The notes below the pieces were generated by a model, which saw nothing but the letters and a program-made list of their open reading frames with translations, ran no database searches and had not been told where the DNA came from. The translations under genes were made by a program, and so were the position numbers. From positions 124,001-188,000 of IMG/VR virus record IMGVR_UViG_3300049460_000128: a stretch of DNA of 64,000 nt. One strand, 5' to 3'. Shown in pieces: positions 30,625 to 40,937 of the stretch. How positions within the stretch are numbered: the stretch's first letter is position 1; every line of letters begins with the position of its first letter.

Positions 30625-31523
30625 GCAAAGGCTTTTTGATCTACGCGCACAACAATGAAGAAGTCGACTATGGTAAGTTGGCTCTTTGCTGTGCGCTAAT
30701 GATCAAACGCAACCTAACGGTCAATGCGACATGTCTGGTAACCGATCAAGGCACACTTGACTGGCTGCGTGCCAGTCATACCGCCGAATTGATCGAGTAT
30801 GCGTTCGATCACATCAAGGTTGTCGACTACGCGACATCCCATGGTGGCAGCAAACAAAAGAAATTCCTCGATACCAGTTCCACTAGCAAAATTCTGAGCT
30901 GGCACAATGGCTCCCGTAATACAGCCTACGAACTGACTCCATTCGACGAAACAATTATCCTCGATAGTGATGTACTGGTACAAGATAAATCGTTCGATCT
31001 GGTATGGGGGAATGATGAAGATCTGATGGTCAATAATCAAGCTATTACACTGGAACACCAGAGTCCACGGCATACTGAAGTGCGTCTCGATACAATGGGA
31101 ATTCCCATGTATTGGGCAACCATGGTATATTTCCAGAAGACACCAAGGTCGAAAATGCTCTTTGATTTGGTCTCTCATATCAAGGCACAATACGCATACT
31201 ATCAATACGTATATGAGTTCCCGGGAAAATTATATCGTAATGATTATGCGTTCTCGATTGCAATTCACATGATGAATGGCTTTTTGGAAAATAACGAAGT
31301 GAAGAATTTCCCATGTGGTAAGATCCTCAGTAGTTTCGATACCGATGAATTAATTGGCGTGAAAGAAAATGAACTCACGTTCTTGGTGCAAGATAGCCAA
31401 CAAGAATGGCGATTCTTTGTCAACAATGTTCGAGGCATTACCGTTCATGCTATGAACAAATACGCATTGCTCCGCCATGCACCTACCATAATTGACATTT
31501 ACTATGACTCAACAAAGATTTAA
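30621..31523 (+). CDS. GT-A fold glycosyltransferase-like protein
   Basis: AYELTPFDETIILDSDVLV (DxD after a beta strand), YWATMVYF, RNDYAFSIA. Confidence 0.65.
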   Translation: MSKGFLIYAHNNEEVDYGKLALCCALMIKRNLTVNATCLVTDQGTLDWLRASHTAELIEYAFDHIKVVDYATSHGGSKQKKFLDTSSTSKILSWHNGSRNTAYELTPFDETIILDSDVLVQDKSFDLVWGNDEDLMVNNQAITLEHQSPRHTEVRLDTMGIPMYWATMVYFQKTPRSKMLFDLVSHIKAQYAYYQYVYEFPGKLYRNDYAFSIAIHMMNGFLENNEVKNFPCGKILSSFDTDELIGVKENELTFLVQDSQQEWRFFVNNVRGITVHAMNKYALLRHAPTIIDIYYDSTKI

Positions 31524-32373
31524 ACGTGATCGTGGTTTTTTCACCTTTGCACAAAATGGCACAACGGATTATATTCGTCTAGCCTATGCACTGGCATTGA
31601 GTCTTAAGGCTACTCAAGTGGAAGTTCCCTATTTGTCAATTGGTGTGACGCCAGGTACCGTGGTTGACGCCAAATACGCATGGGCGTTTGATGAGATAGT
31701 GGAAATTCCATGGGGTGATGCAGCAAAGGATGCTGACTGGAAACTCCAGAATGAATGGAAAGCATATCACATGACTCCCTACAGGGAAACAATTAAGCTC
31801 GACTGTGATATGCTGTTCACGACCAATGTTGATTCATGGTGGGAAACACTCAGTCAGCAAGATGTTTGGTTCGCAACCACCGCAACCACATATCGCAATG
31901 ATGTTGTGACCTCTGATTACTATCGTAAGACATTCACGGCAAATAAATTGCCAAATGTCTATACGGCATTCTGCTATTTCAAGCATTCAGATACCGCCTA
32001 CCAGTTATTTGATATGGCTGAAATCATTTATACCAACTGGGAGAAATTCACGTTTGAATTCATGGACGAACCTCGCCCCACTGAAGTAAGTACTGACGTG
32101 GTATTTGCACTCGCGGTCAAGCTTCTGGGTATAGAAGATGAATGTACGCGCCCTGGAACCTTCCCAAGCTTCACACACATGAAGACTCAATTGCAGGGTT
32201 GGAATGTGAATCAAGTTACTGAACACTGGACTGATCATATCGGCGTATATTTCACTGACGAATTGGAATTGAAAATTGGTCGCTACCTGCAATTGGCGCC
32301 AATCCATTATCATGTCAAGAGCTTCATTACCGACGAGATGATTTCCTTGTATGAGAAGAAGGTGATGCCTTGA
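31504..32373 (+). CDS. GT-A fold glycosyltransferase-like protein, paralogue of 30621
   Basis: AYHMTPYRETIKLDCDMLF, VYTAFCYF and STDVVFALA align with 30621. Confidence 0.65.
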   Translation: MTQQRFKRDRGFFTFAQNGTTDYIRLAYALALSLKATQVEVPYLSIGVTPGTVVDAKYAWAFDEIVEIPWGDAAKDADWKLQNEWKAYHMTPYRETIKLDCDMLFTTNVDSWWETLSQQDVWFATTATTYRNDVVTSDYYRKTFTANKLPNVYTAFCYFKHSDTAYQLFDMAEIIYTNWEKFTFEFMDEPRPTEVSTDVVFALAVKLLGIEDECTRPGTFPSFTHMKTQLQGWNVNQVTEHWTDHIGVYFTDELELKIGRYLQLAPIHYHVKSFITDEMISLYEKKVMP

Positions 32374-33293
32374 AAACGTTTTTGTATTATGACCAGTCAA
32401 CTGGTGTCATCAAGGCAATTTCGCCCGTACAATCAAGCGAATTTGACAAATGGGCATTGACTAAACTTGATATCCCGACAGCAAATAAGTTCCTGATGGG
32501 TGAATGGGATACGAATCATTGGTTCGTCAGCAGCAATACGACTGAAGACAAATGCGTGCTCTCCATGAATCAATTCGACTATTTGCCACAGACCTCCACT
32601 ACCATTGAAGTCTTGCCACGTTCAGAACACTCGCAGCATATCAAAACTGCAATCGGCGTAACGATCTACACCAAATTGCAGAAATTTGAATTGTCAGTTG
32701 CGCCTGAAGCCGCAAAGCTGGATCTCAGCAAGATAGAAGATGATACAATGGAATTCTTCATTACCAAGCGTAATGATCCATCCCATATTTTGGGTATGAT
32801 TACCACCAATGCCAAGGAATTGTTTGAGAAGGGTACGCTCATCTTCGACTTCCCCGTTGAAGGAAATGACTTCTCGGTATCCACCAAGCGACTGTTCCGT
32901 TTCTATCAGTTGACTGTACGTCGAAACAAGGTGTCCAATCGGGTCAAGCATTCGCATCATCGCTACAATACCTTGGTGCCATATACTCGCATTAAGACCA
33001 TGCAGGATGGCAAGGATGGTATCATCGTTGTCCACAATGTAAATAAAGATCAATTGGAAATCTCGCTTGATGGCGAAGTGTATGATATAACGACTGATGC
33101 CAGTTCTGAGATCGCTACGTTATTCTTGACACGAGAACGTGATCCCACTATATTGATTGACATCGTAAAGTTAGACCTTCGGGATATCGATTACAACAAG
33201 ACAGTAGTGATCCCAGTACCACATGATGCTGGTGTGGACTTTGGTATCTCGGGATTTCCTTACGTGGACAAACTTTCATTCTTGAGAAAATAA
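32370..33293 (+). CDS. hypothetical protein with internal domain duplication
   Basis: TTG start overlapping the previous stop; repeated FFITKRNDPSHIL / LFLTRERDPTILI. Confidence 0.75.
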   Translation: MKTFLYYDQSTGVIKAISPVQSSEFDKWALTKLDIPTANKFLMGEWDTNHWFVSSNTTEDKCVLSMNQFDYLPQTSTTIEVLPRSEHSQHIKTAIGVTIYTKLQKFELSVAPEAAKLDLSKIEDDTMEFFITKRNDPSHILGMITTNAKELFEKGTLIFDFPVEGNDFSVSTKRLFRFYQLTVRRNKVSNRVKHSHHRYNTLVPYTRIKTMQDGKDGIIVVHNVNKDQLEISLDGEVYDITTDASSEIATLFLTRERDPTILIDIVKLDLRDIDYNKTVVIPVPHDAGVDFGISGFPYVDKLSFLRK

Positions 33294-33322
33294 TGGCTTT
33301 ACAGAAATTTCCTATCACATGA
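33293..33322 (+). pseudogene. 9-codon remnant (MALQKFPIT*) duplicating the N-terminus of gene 34065
   Basis: ATGGCTTTACAGAAATTTCCTATCACATGA versus ATGGCATTAGAGAAATTCCCCATTACG at 34065. Confidence 0.8.
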
Positions 33323-34065
33323 ATTATATAAAGCATTACGATATCTTGATAGCCCGTGCGATAGCCAGAAAGCTTTCTGGCTATTATGAAGTTCATCATA
33401 TAATTCCAAGGTGTATGGGTGGCACAAACAATGCTAATAATTTGGTCGAATTGACTCCAGCTGAACATTTTATAGCTCATTTATTACTCTGTCGCATATA
33501 TCCAAGTGTTGACGGGTTAGTGACCGCCGCATTTTTGATGTCTCACAAGGGAAAATATACAAACAAAGTATATGGTAAATTACGTGAACAATATGCTCAA
33601 ATTCGTAGTCATAATATGATTGGTGAACGTAATCATATGTATGGCAAAACACATGATATTGCAGCTCGAAATAAAGTATCACAAGCTAACACGGGGCGAA
33701 TACGATCAAGTTCGCATAGACAAGCCATAGCCAATGCACAGACTGGTAAAGTCATGAGTGCTTCAACCCGCAAATTGATAAGTGATGCTAATGTTGGTCG
33801 CATAGTGACTGATACAACAAAAGATAAATTATCCAAAGCATTGCAGGGTAAAATACGAAACCCTGATTCAATAGCAAAGCAAAGTATAACAAATACTGGT
33901 TCTGGTAATCCCAATTTTGGAAATGGCCAAGCCGTAACAGGAGCAAAGAACGGAATGTATGGTAAAAAATGGTATGTGAATGCAAAAGGTGAGCGTCGTG
34001 TGATGTTTCCCAATGACGAACGTTTACAACAAGATGACTGGCAAAATGGCAAGGAGTGGAAATAA
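33319..34065 (+). mobile_element. free-standing HNH homing endonuclease with NUMOD3-like repeats
   Basis: EVHHIIPRCMGGTNNANNLVELTPAEHFIAHLLL, then NHMYGKTH...KVSQANTG-type repeats; visibly more AT-rich than its neighbours. Confidence 0.9.
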
Positions 34066-34967
34066 TGGCATTAGAGAAATTCCCCATTACGACGTTTGAT
34101 GTTTTTTTCCTTAGCTACGATGAACCAAATGCAGAGAAGCATTGGGCTGACCTCCTGGACAAATGCCCTTGGGCTAAACGTGTACATGGCGTAAAGGGCT
34201 TTGATGCAGCACACCGCGAATGTGCCAATCAATCTGAAACCCCATGGTTCGTTACGGTCGATGCTGACAATATCGTGTTACCAGAATTCTTTGATATCGT
34301 GGTTGAACTTGATCCCGAGAATGCACCAAACCGCTGCTATTCCTGGAACGCAATCAATATGATGAACGGACTCATCTACGGCAATGGTGGCTTGAAATTG
34401 TGGTCGAAACAATTCGCTGCCAATATGCGTTCACATGAACTGTCGGATGATAAAGACGCGGTTGACTTCTGTTGGGAATCTGATTACAAGCAAGTTCATC
34501 GTACCTTCTCGGAAGTACACAACAATGGGTCAGCGTATCAGGCATTCCGGGTTGGCTATCGCGAAGGCATCAAACTCGCGTTAGATCGAGGCCAGCGCGT
34601 CGCACCAGAATTAATGAAGACGGTGTTGCATAACGTCAATCTTCGCAACCTACGCATATGGTCGTCAGTTGGTGCTGACGTTGAGCATGGTCTGTGGGCC
34701 ATATACGGCACTCGTATGGCATGGAGCCAAATGTGTGATCCAGATTACGACTTCACGGTCATTCGTGATTACGACTGGTTCAATGCCTTCTGGGAACAAA
34801 TCATTGGTGACTTGCCACCCGATCCCGTTGATCGTTTGAATGGATTGCCATTCTTCATCAATGTGTTGGGTGAGGATATTAAGAATAAAACGAAAATTGC
34901 TGTACCATTGCTTGATAGTGATACTAGCGAATTTTTCCGTGATACCTTCAAACTACGAAATGACTGA
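34065..34967 (+). CDS. GT-A (family 2-like) glycosyltransferase-like protein
   Basis: FDVFFLSYDEPNA, RVHGVKGFDAAH, FVTVDADN (DxD), NGLIYGNGGLKLW. Confidence 0.65.
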   Translation: MALEKFPITTFDVFFLSYDEPNAEKHWADLLDKCPWAKRVHGVKGFDAAHRECANQSETPWFVTVDADNIVLPEFFDIVVELDPENAPNRCYSWNAINMMNGLIYGNGGLKLWSKQFAANMRSHELSDDKDAVDFCWESDYKQVHRTFSEVHNNGSAYQAFRVGYREGIKLALDRGQRVAPELMKTVLHNVNLRNLRIWSSVGADVEHGLWAIYGTRMAWSQMCDPDYDFTVIRDYDWFNAFWEQIIGDLPPDPVDRLNGLPFFINVLGEDIKNKTKIAVPLLDSDTSEFFRDTFKLRND

Positions 34968-35283
34968 TTTCCAGGAAGCCAACCAGGTAATGATCCGGTT
35001 GGCTTCCTGCACTGTAGCACTCCGCCACGACTCAATACATGACTTCTTCGAGTCTGTATTCCTCCAAGCCTCACTCAACAAACAGTGGCGGGCTCCCTCG
35101 TATGCAAATGAAGGCCCAAAGGCAGATACCGATTATATCTTGGTATTCTTGCGTGACCTTCTGGCACTTCAATTCCCTGAACCACAAGACCCCAATCTCA
35201 TACAGATGCTGGCCGATGCCAGACTGTTGTATGAATGGGTCAGACCACAATACGAAGAAATTTTCGAGGTGCCATATGAATAA
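34960..35283 (+). CDS. small hypothetical protein, paralogue 1 (FPEPQDPNLIQM)
   Basis: Start MTDFQEAN overlaps the previous gene; shares a motif with the next two ORFs. Confidence 0.7.
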   Translation: MTDFQEANQVMIRLASCTVALRHDSIHDFFESVFLQASLNKQWRAPSYANEGPKADTDYILVFLRDLLALQFPEPQDPNLIQMLADARLLYEWVRPQYEEIFEVPYE

Positions 35284-35653
35284 TTTGTCCTCCACTTGCT
35301 ACCCTATTCGCCACAAGTCGATCGTGCCACTTCCCAATTACGCCATTGAATCGTTTGATGATGCAAACCAAGCCTATATCAAACTGATGGATCTTAAAGC
35401 AACTCTGTTGCTTGGGGCCAATAATCAATTGGTGCGTTTGGCTGTCCAGCAGGTGGTGATTAATGGCATGGTTGGTCACACGTTGGTGAAATGGCAATCT
35501 GCAATCATGGCACACATTCATGCAATAAAGGATCTTATGAATGCCCACTATCCAAATGACAACGATCCTGTGCTTATCGCCATGTTGGAATCTGCAAAGA
35601 TTTCGCATGATGAGATGACACAACTCTATAACGAGCATTGTCATGCTGACTGA
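35276..35653 (+). CDS. small hypothetical protein, paralogue 2 (YPNDNDPVLIAM)
   Basis: GAGGT SD before ATG 35276; shared motif. Confidence 0.7.
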   Translation: MNNLSSTCYPIRHKSIVPLPNYAIESFDDANQAYIKLMDLKATLLLGANNQLVRLAVQQVVINGMVGHTLVKWQSAIMAHIHAIKDLMNAHYPNDNDPVLIAMLESAKISHDEMTQLYNEHCHAD

Positions 35654-35879
35654 TGCCAATTTGATCTATGCGCGTCTGTGTGGAATTAAAGTCAATACTG
35701 CGGGTGGTGTTACCTTGATTGCACGTCATACCTTTATAGACCAAACTCACCAAGCATATATAGAGTATTTGGATACAATCGTGGATGGCGTATGGCCTGA
35801 ACCTGAAGATCCAGAACTACAAGATATGATTCGACGTGCAAATATACGTAAATCAATCTTACACGCATTCAACAAATAA
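35643..35879 (+). CDS. small hypothetical protein, paralogue 3 (WPEPEDPELQDM)
   Basis: Overlapping start; shared motif. Confidence 0.7.
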   Translation: MLTDANLIYARLCGIKVNTAGGVTLIARHTFIDQTHQAYIEYLDTIVDGVWPEPEDPELQDMIRRANIRKSILHAFNK

Positions 35880-35886
35880 GGAACAC

Positions 35887-37320
35887 ATGAGCGACACACC
35901 AAAATCAACAAATCAACTCAACATGGAAGCCATGATGGCCCGCATGGATGACGTAAAGGCTAAGAGCGGATCATCCACCATGTGTACTGCAAAATGGTTG
36001 CAAAGCACTGTCCATTTGAGTAATGGTCACACGCACTCATGTCACCACCCTTCTATTCACAAAATTCCAATCAGTGAAATTAAACGCAATCCGGCAGCAC
36101 TGCACAATACCGAGTTCAAGATCGAACAACGTAAAAAGATGCTGGCTGGCGAGCGTCCTGCTGAATGCCAATACTGCTGGAACATTGAAGACCTGCCAGG
36201 TAATCACATCAGTGATCGCACCTACAAGAGTGCTGACCTGGGCTGGTCGTATCCAAATTTGCAAGACGTGATCGAAAGCAAGGGTGGCGAGAATATCAAT
36301 CCGTCATACCTGGAAGTCTCCTTCGATTCAACGTGTAACATGAAATGCATGTATTGCACGCCTGACGTATCCAGCAAATGGATGGAAGAAAGTAAGCAGT
36401 ACGGGCATTATCCCAATACTTCCCATTATGTGGGTGGCATTGAATGGCTCAAGCAGCAGAACAAAATGCCAATTCCGCAAAGGGAAGACAATCCATACGT
36501 GGATGCGTTCTGGGAATGGTGGCCTGATCTGTACAAGAGTCTGCATACCTTCCGCATTACGGGCGGTGAACCCCTGTTGAGCAAAAATACCTGGCGTGTG
36601 TTGGAAGAGATCAAGAACAATCCACGTTCAGACTTGACTCTTGCTATCAATATCAACATGATGGCTCCTGATGATTTAATCGATCGTTTTATTCAGTATT
36701 ACAACGACATTGCACCTAACATCAAAGAGTTCCAGGTGTACACGAGTTGTGAAGCACATGGCAAACAAGCTGACTATATTCGCACAGGACTTGACTACGA
36801 TAAATTCATGGCAAATTGCCGTAAGTTCCTGTCCAGTACTGGTGCATGGTCTCGTTTGAATTTCATGATCACATTCAACGTATTGAGCCTCAGCACCTTC
36901 AAGGAATTCCTGACTGATATCTGGACTATGCGTACCGAATTCAATGAGTCGGATGCAATCAATCGTGTGCCTATGATGATCAACTATTTGCGCTGGCCGC
37001 AATTCCAAGATGTACGAGTAGCACCAGCGGAATACAAGGAAAAATACCTGAAGGTCATTAAAGATTACGTGGAAGCACACACGCGCAATACAAGCCCGAA
37101 TAAAGCCGGTAGGTTCTATTTGGAAGAAGTAGATCAGATCAATCGTTTGGGTGAGTATATGTTCGAACCCATGGAAGCTGGACACTTGAAAATTCAACAT
37201 AAAGACTTTGGTGCCTTCTATCCAGAATTCGATCGTCGTCGTAATGTGAATTTTGCTGAAACCTTCCCGGATCTGGTGGACTTCTTGAATCAATGTATCG
37301 AGGTAAACAATGAGCAGTAA
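35887..37320 (+). CDS. radical SAM enzyme with N-terminal twitch/SPASM-like domain (1 of 5)
   Basis: CNMKCMYC, ITGGEPLL; N-terminal CTAKW...HSCHHP...ECQYCW; TAAGGA SD. Confidence 0.9.
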   Translation: MSDTPKSTNQLNMEAMMARMDDVKAKSGSSTMCTAKWLQSTVHLSNGHTHSCHHPSIHKIPISEIKRNPAALHNTEFKIEQRKKMLAGERPAECQYCWNIEDLPGNHISDRTYKSADLGWSYPNLQDVIESKGGENINPSYLEVSFDSTCNMKCMYCTPDVSSKWMEESKQYGHYPNTSHYVGGIEWLKQQNKMPIPQREDNPYVDAFWEWWPDLYKSLHTFRITGGEPLLSKNTWRVLEEIKNNPRSDLTLAININMMAPDDLIDRFIQYYNDIAPNIKEFQVYTSCEAHGKQADYIRTGLDYDKFMANCRKFLSSTGAWSRLNFMITFNVLSLSTFKEFLTDIWTMRTEFNESDAINRVPMMINYLRWPQFQDVRVAPAEYKEKYLKVIKDYVEAHTRNTSPNKAGRFYLEEVDQINRLGEYMFEPMEAGHLKIQHKDFGAFYPEFDRRRNVNFAETFPDLVDFLNQCIEVNNEQ

Positions 37321-38641
37321 AAAAACAATCTTCATCAAAAATATTACGGAAAAACTCGATGCAGTTAGCCCATCAATGTGTTTGGCAAAGTGGACACAAA
37401 CGACCACTTATCTGAATACGGGCCATACCCATTCGTGTCACCATCCTTCAGTGCATAAGATCCCCACTGAAGGCTTGGACGAACATCCTGAATGGATTCA
37501 CAATACGCCATACAAGCAACAAATCCGTCAGCAGATGCTCGACGGCATTCGCCCACCTGAGTGCGACTATTGCTGGCGCATTGAAGACTTGCCAGGTGAC
37601 CATGCAAGCGACCGTATGCTGAAATCTGCGGCACACTGGTCAGCAGATCACTATGACCAAATTGTGAAGTCTGGCACTGGACCAAACTTTGCACCAACGA
37701 TGTTGGAAGTGTCATTCGAGACCACGTGTAATTTCGCATGTTCGTATTGCCTGCCTGAAGTATCAAGCAAGATCTACGGTGAGATTCAAGCACATGGTCC
37801 CTATCAGCTGTTCAGTCGTACCATTCATACAATCAGGGAAGATCGGTCGACAACTAAACTTGATCTGAATACTCCAGGCGACAATGTGTACATCGATGCG
37901 TTCTGGAAAGCTATCCCGCAATGGTGGTCAACCCTTGATACCTTCCGTATTACTGGTGGTGAACCTCTCTTGAGCAAACACACTTGGGGTATGATGGACT
38001 TCGTGGAAGCCAATGCCAACAAGGACTTGACCTTTGCGATCAATACGAACTTGGGTGTACCGGATCAGAAAATTGATCAGTTGATCAAACGTGTGAATGA
38101 GATTGAACCAAACCTTCGTCGCTTTACCGTCTATACAAGCGTGGAGGCGACTGGTAAGCAAGCTGAATACATTCGTTACGGCATGGACTATCCGAAGTTT
38201 ATGGCAAACGTTTCGCGTGTCTTGGACGAGACCAATGCTGACTTGGCATTGATGACGACAATCAACATTTTGAGCTATTCGACATTCACCGAAGCCATTC
38301 ATCAATTCCTGGCCTTGCGTGCTCGTTATCCTAATCGTGTGAATTTGTCATTCAACTATTTGCGGCACCCAGAGTGCTTAGATATGCGCAATCTGCCCGA
38401 AGTGTTGAAACAAAAATGGGCAGCAGAATTGTATCAATTGATGGAGCATCCGTTCATTAACCAATACGAAACTATGTCCATCTCTCGGGTAATTGACTAT
38501 ATGCTGAGCAGCGTTGAACCAGCAATCCTGGAGGTCAATCAAAAGGATCTCGTCATGTATGCCCGCGAACTCGACAAACGACGCGGCCTTGACTTCCCAG
38601 GCACTTTCCCTGACCTGTTTGCATTGTTGCCAGGAGTATGA
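37310..38641 (+). CDS. radical SAM enzyme with N-terminal twitch-like domain (2 of 5)
   Basis: CNFACSYC, ITGGEPLL; CLAKW...HSCHHP...ECDYCW; close paralogue of 35887. Confidence 0.9.
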   Translation: MSSKKTIFIKNITEKLDAVSPSMCLAKWTQTTTYLNTGHTHSCHHPSVHKIPTEGLDEHPEWIHNTPYKQQIRQQMLDGIRPPECDYCWRIEDLPGDHASDRMLKSAAHWSADHYDQIVKSGTGPNFAPTMLEVSFETTCNFACSYCLPEVSSKIYGEIQAHGPYQLFSRTIHTIREDRSTTKLDLNTPGDNVYIDAFWKAIPQWWSTLDTFRITGGEPLLSKHTWGMMDFVEANANKDLTFAINTNLGVPDQKIDQLIKRVNEIEPNLRRFTVYTSVEATGKQAEYIRYGMDYPKFMANVSRVLDETNADLALMTTINILSYSTFTEAIHQFLALRARYPNRVNLSFNYLRHPECLDMRNLPEVLKQKWAAELYQLMEHPFINQYETMSISRVIDYMLSSVEPAILEVNQKDLVMYARELDKRRGLDFPGTFPDLFALLPGV

Positions 38642-39864
38642 AAATGAAAACAAAAGATTTAAACAAGTCAACAATATGCGCGCAACCATGGTTTGGGATA
38701 ACCATCAAACCAGATGGAGTAGCGGGTATTTGTTGTGAGGTGACCGAAGAATTGACGGATATGAATATCCGCACACATTCATTCGCCGAAATGCAAAGTC
38801 ATCCTATTGTGACACGAATTAAAGATGAAATGCTGGCGGGCAAAAAACCAAAAGAATGCTGGCGCTGCTGGCAGAAAGAAGCACACGGCGCCCCAAGCTT
38901 ACGCCACACATTGAATAATAGGTATGCTGAGTATAACCCAACATCTGAGGAGTTTGATCCTGAGTTGATCATACCTCAAAATCTTGAAATTGTGCTAGGT
39001 AATCTGTGTCAACTGCGATGCGTTATGTGTCACCCTAGTCGCTCACGCAAAGTTGAAAACACTTTCAAGTACATCATGATTAAAGATATGCGTGATAGCT
39101 ATGAAGGACTGGTTTCCACTTTACCACCAGAGTTCGATACCTCGTGGGTTGAAGATGAACAGCTATGGGAAAGTATTGCAGATCAAGGTAAAGAGGCCCG
39201 TCGTATATACCTCAACGGCGGTGAGCCTCTATTGGCTAAGCATCATGAAAAGGTATTGGAAAAGCTTATTGCGAGTGGTAAAGCTAAAGACACCGAACTC
39301 ATATACAGTACCAATGGCTTTTTGTTAGAAGACGAGCATATGGCGTTATGGCAAGAATTCAAACAAGTCAATATCGCCCTGTCAATTGACGATTTGGATG
39401 ATCGTAACCACTTTATTCGTAATCCATCCAATTGGGTTAAGCTAATGGAATCGGTTGATAAGGTGGTTGAATGGCAAAAAGACCCCAAGAATAAAGAAAT
39501 TTACATAGGTATCTGGTGTGCCATCAACATGTTAAGCTTCGCATACTTGCCTGACTATTTGGAATTCTTTGCAACGAAATATCCATCAATTGTGATCAAA
39601 GGTTGGCGTGCAATCCAAACACCTGAGTACTTGAATCCAGGTAATTTGCCTCTCGAATTCAAGGAACAAGTGGCAAAGGAAATCAAGAATAAGATTGCCC
39701 AATACCCGCAATTTGCACACCTGCGCAGTGACATAGACCACATTGTAAATTCACCATCTAATGAGAAGTTACTAGATGACGGCATCGCATTTATGAAGAT
39801 GAACGCAGAATGCTATAAGGTTGACTTGAATACTACGTTTGATCGTATGGGTAAATTCTTATGA
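38638..39864 (+). CDS. radical SAM enzyme with N-terminal twitch-like domain (3 of 5)
   Basis: CQLRCVMC, LNGGEPLL, YSTNG; CAQPW...ICCE...ECWRCW. Confidence 0.9.
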   Translation: MKMKTKDLNKSTICAQPWFGITIKPDGVAGICCEVTEELTDMNIRTHSFAEMQSHPIVTRIKDEMLAGKKPKECWRCWQKEAHGAPSLRHTLNNRYAEYNPTSEEFDPELIIPQNLEIVLGNLCQLRCVMCHPSRSRKVENTFKYIMIKDMRDSYEGLVSTLPPEFDTSWVEDEQLWESIADQGKEARRIYLNGGEPLLAKHHEKVLEKLIASGKAKDTELIYSTNGFLLEDEHMALWQEFKQVNIALSIDDLDDRNHFIRNPSNWVKLMESVDKVVEWQKDPKNKEIYIGIWCAINMLSFAYLPDYLEFFATKYPSIVIKGWRAIQTPEYLNPGNLPLEFKEQVAKEIKNKIAQYPQFAHLRSDIDHIVNSPSNEKLLDDGIAFMKMNAECYKVDLNTTFDRMGKFL

Positions 39865-40937
39865 TTAAGCCAATCATATTTCACTCACATCGAATGACTC
39901 CGGCGCAAAATATACCCGAAGTGACGTGTCGTGTGCCATATCAAAGAATGTATGTCCAAGAGCAAGGCAACCTATATCACTGTTGCACGCATTGGATGCC
40001 ATATTCAATTGGTAATATCCGAGATTCGAGCATATTGGACTATTATCAATCAACTGAATGGGAGATGATATCCAGGACGTTTGAAGATGGCTCATTTAAA
40101 TATTGCAATGCTGATCTCTGCCCGTCACTTCAGACCTATAACACTATAGGGAGCTTGTCAACGGATCTTAGACCCATACATGAGTTGGAACAGATAAAAA
40201 GCGCAAAATATCTTGAAGTAACTTTGAATTACGACACGTCGTGTAATTTGGCATGTCCATCGTGTCGTAACGAATTGCAGTTAGTGAAGAATGATCCAGT
40301 GTTGCAAAACATACATGAAAAAACACTAGCATCAGTAACTGAATTGCTGGATAATGGATATAAAGTAACACTGGCGGTAACGAGTGCCGGCGACCCATTT
40401 GCCAGTAAACTATACATTGATGCGTTGCAAAACTACCATCATGACTCTGCAAATTACGATTACTTCATAGTCACAAACGGTACGTTATTGACTCAAAAGA
40501 AACTTGAGTGGGATAATATCCGCCATCGCACTCGAGGTTTTGCTATATCGGTAGATGCAGCCACAAAAGAAACGTATGCGAAGGTTAGACGGCTTGGTGA
40601 TTTTGATCAATTGACCGCCAATCTTAAAAACTTGAATGAACAGAAACGAAATGGCTTCTTCACACTGGATCCATATATCACTGTTAACTTCGTGATATCA
40701 TCATTGAATTTTAGAGAGCTCCCGCTGTTCATGGAGCAGATGCTGGAATTGGAACAGATCTCCGAAATCTGGTTGAACCTCATTGCTGACTGGGGCCATT
40801 TGAATAATTTCAACGACTATGCTATTTGGCGTGAAGATCACCCTGATCATGAAGAATTTCTAGCCGTCATGCAGCATCCATTGTTGAAGTCGAACAAACT
40901 CAAAGCCACCAATGCCATGCGTTTCATTCATGTCTAA
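39861..40937 (+). CDS. radical SAM enzyme with N-terminal twitch-like domain (4 of 5)
   Basis: CNLACPSC, SAGDPF in place of GGEP, VTNGTLL, ISVDAATKETYAKVR; CRVPY...HCC...YCNADLCP. Confidence 0.88.
   Translation: MIKPIIFHSHRMTPAQNIPEVTCRVPYQRMYVQEQGNLYHCCTHWMPYSIGNIRDSSILDYYQSTEWEMISRTFEDGSFKYCNADLCPSLQTYNTIGSLSTDLRPIHELEQIKSAKYLEVTLNYDTSCNLACPSCRNELQLVKNDPVLQNIHEKTLASVTELLDNGYKVTLAVTSAGDPFASKLYIDALQNYHHDSANYDYFIVTNGTLLTQKKLEWDNIRHRTRGFAISVDAATKETYAKVRRLGDFDQLTANLKNLNEQKRNGFFTLDPYITVNFVISSLNFRELPLFMEQMLELEQISEIWLNLIADWGHLNNFNDYAIWREDHPDHEEFLAVMQHPLLKSNKLKATNAMRFIHV

Noticed and set aside
33293-34065. Group I intron or intein around the HNH gene
   Set aside because: The HNH ORF fills the whole interval with no room for a ribozyme core, there are no intein splice motifs, and the downstream gene has its own complete start.
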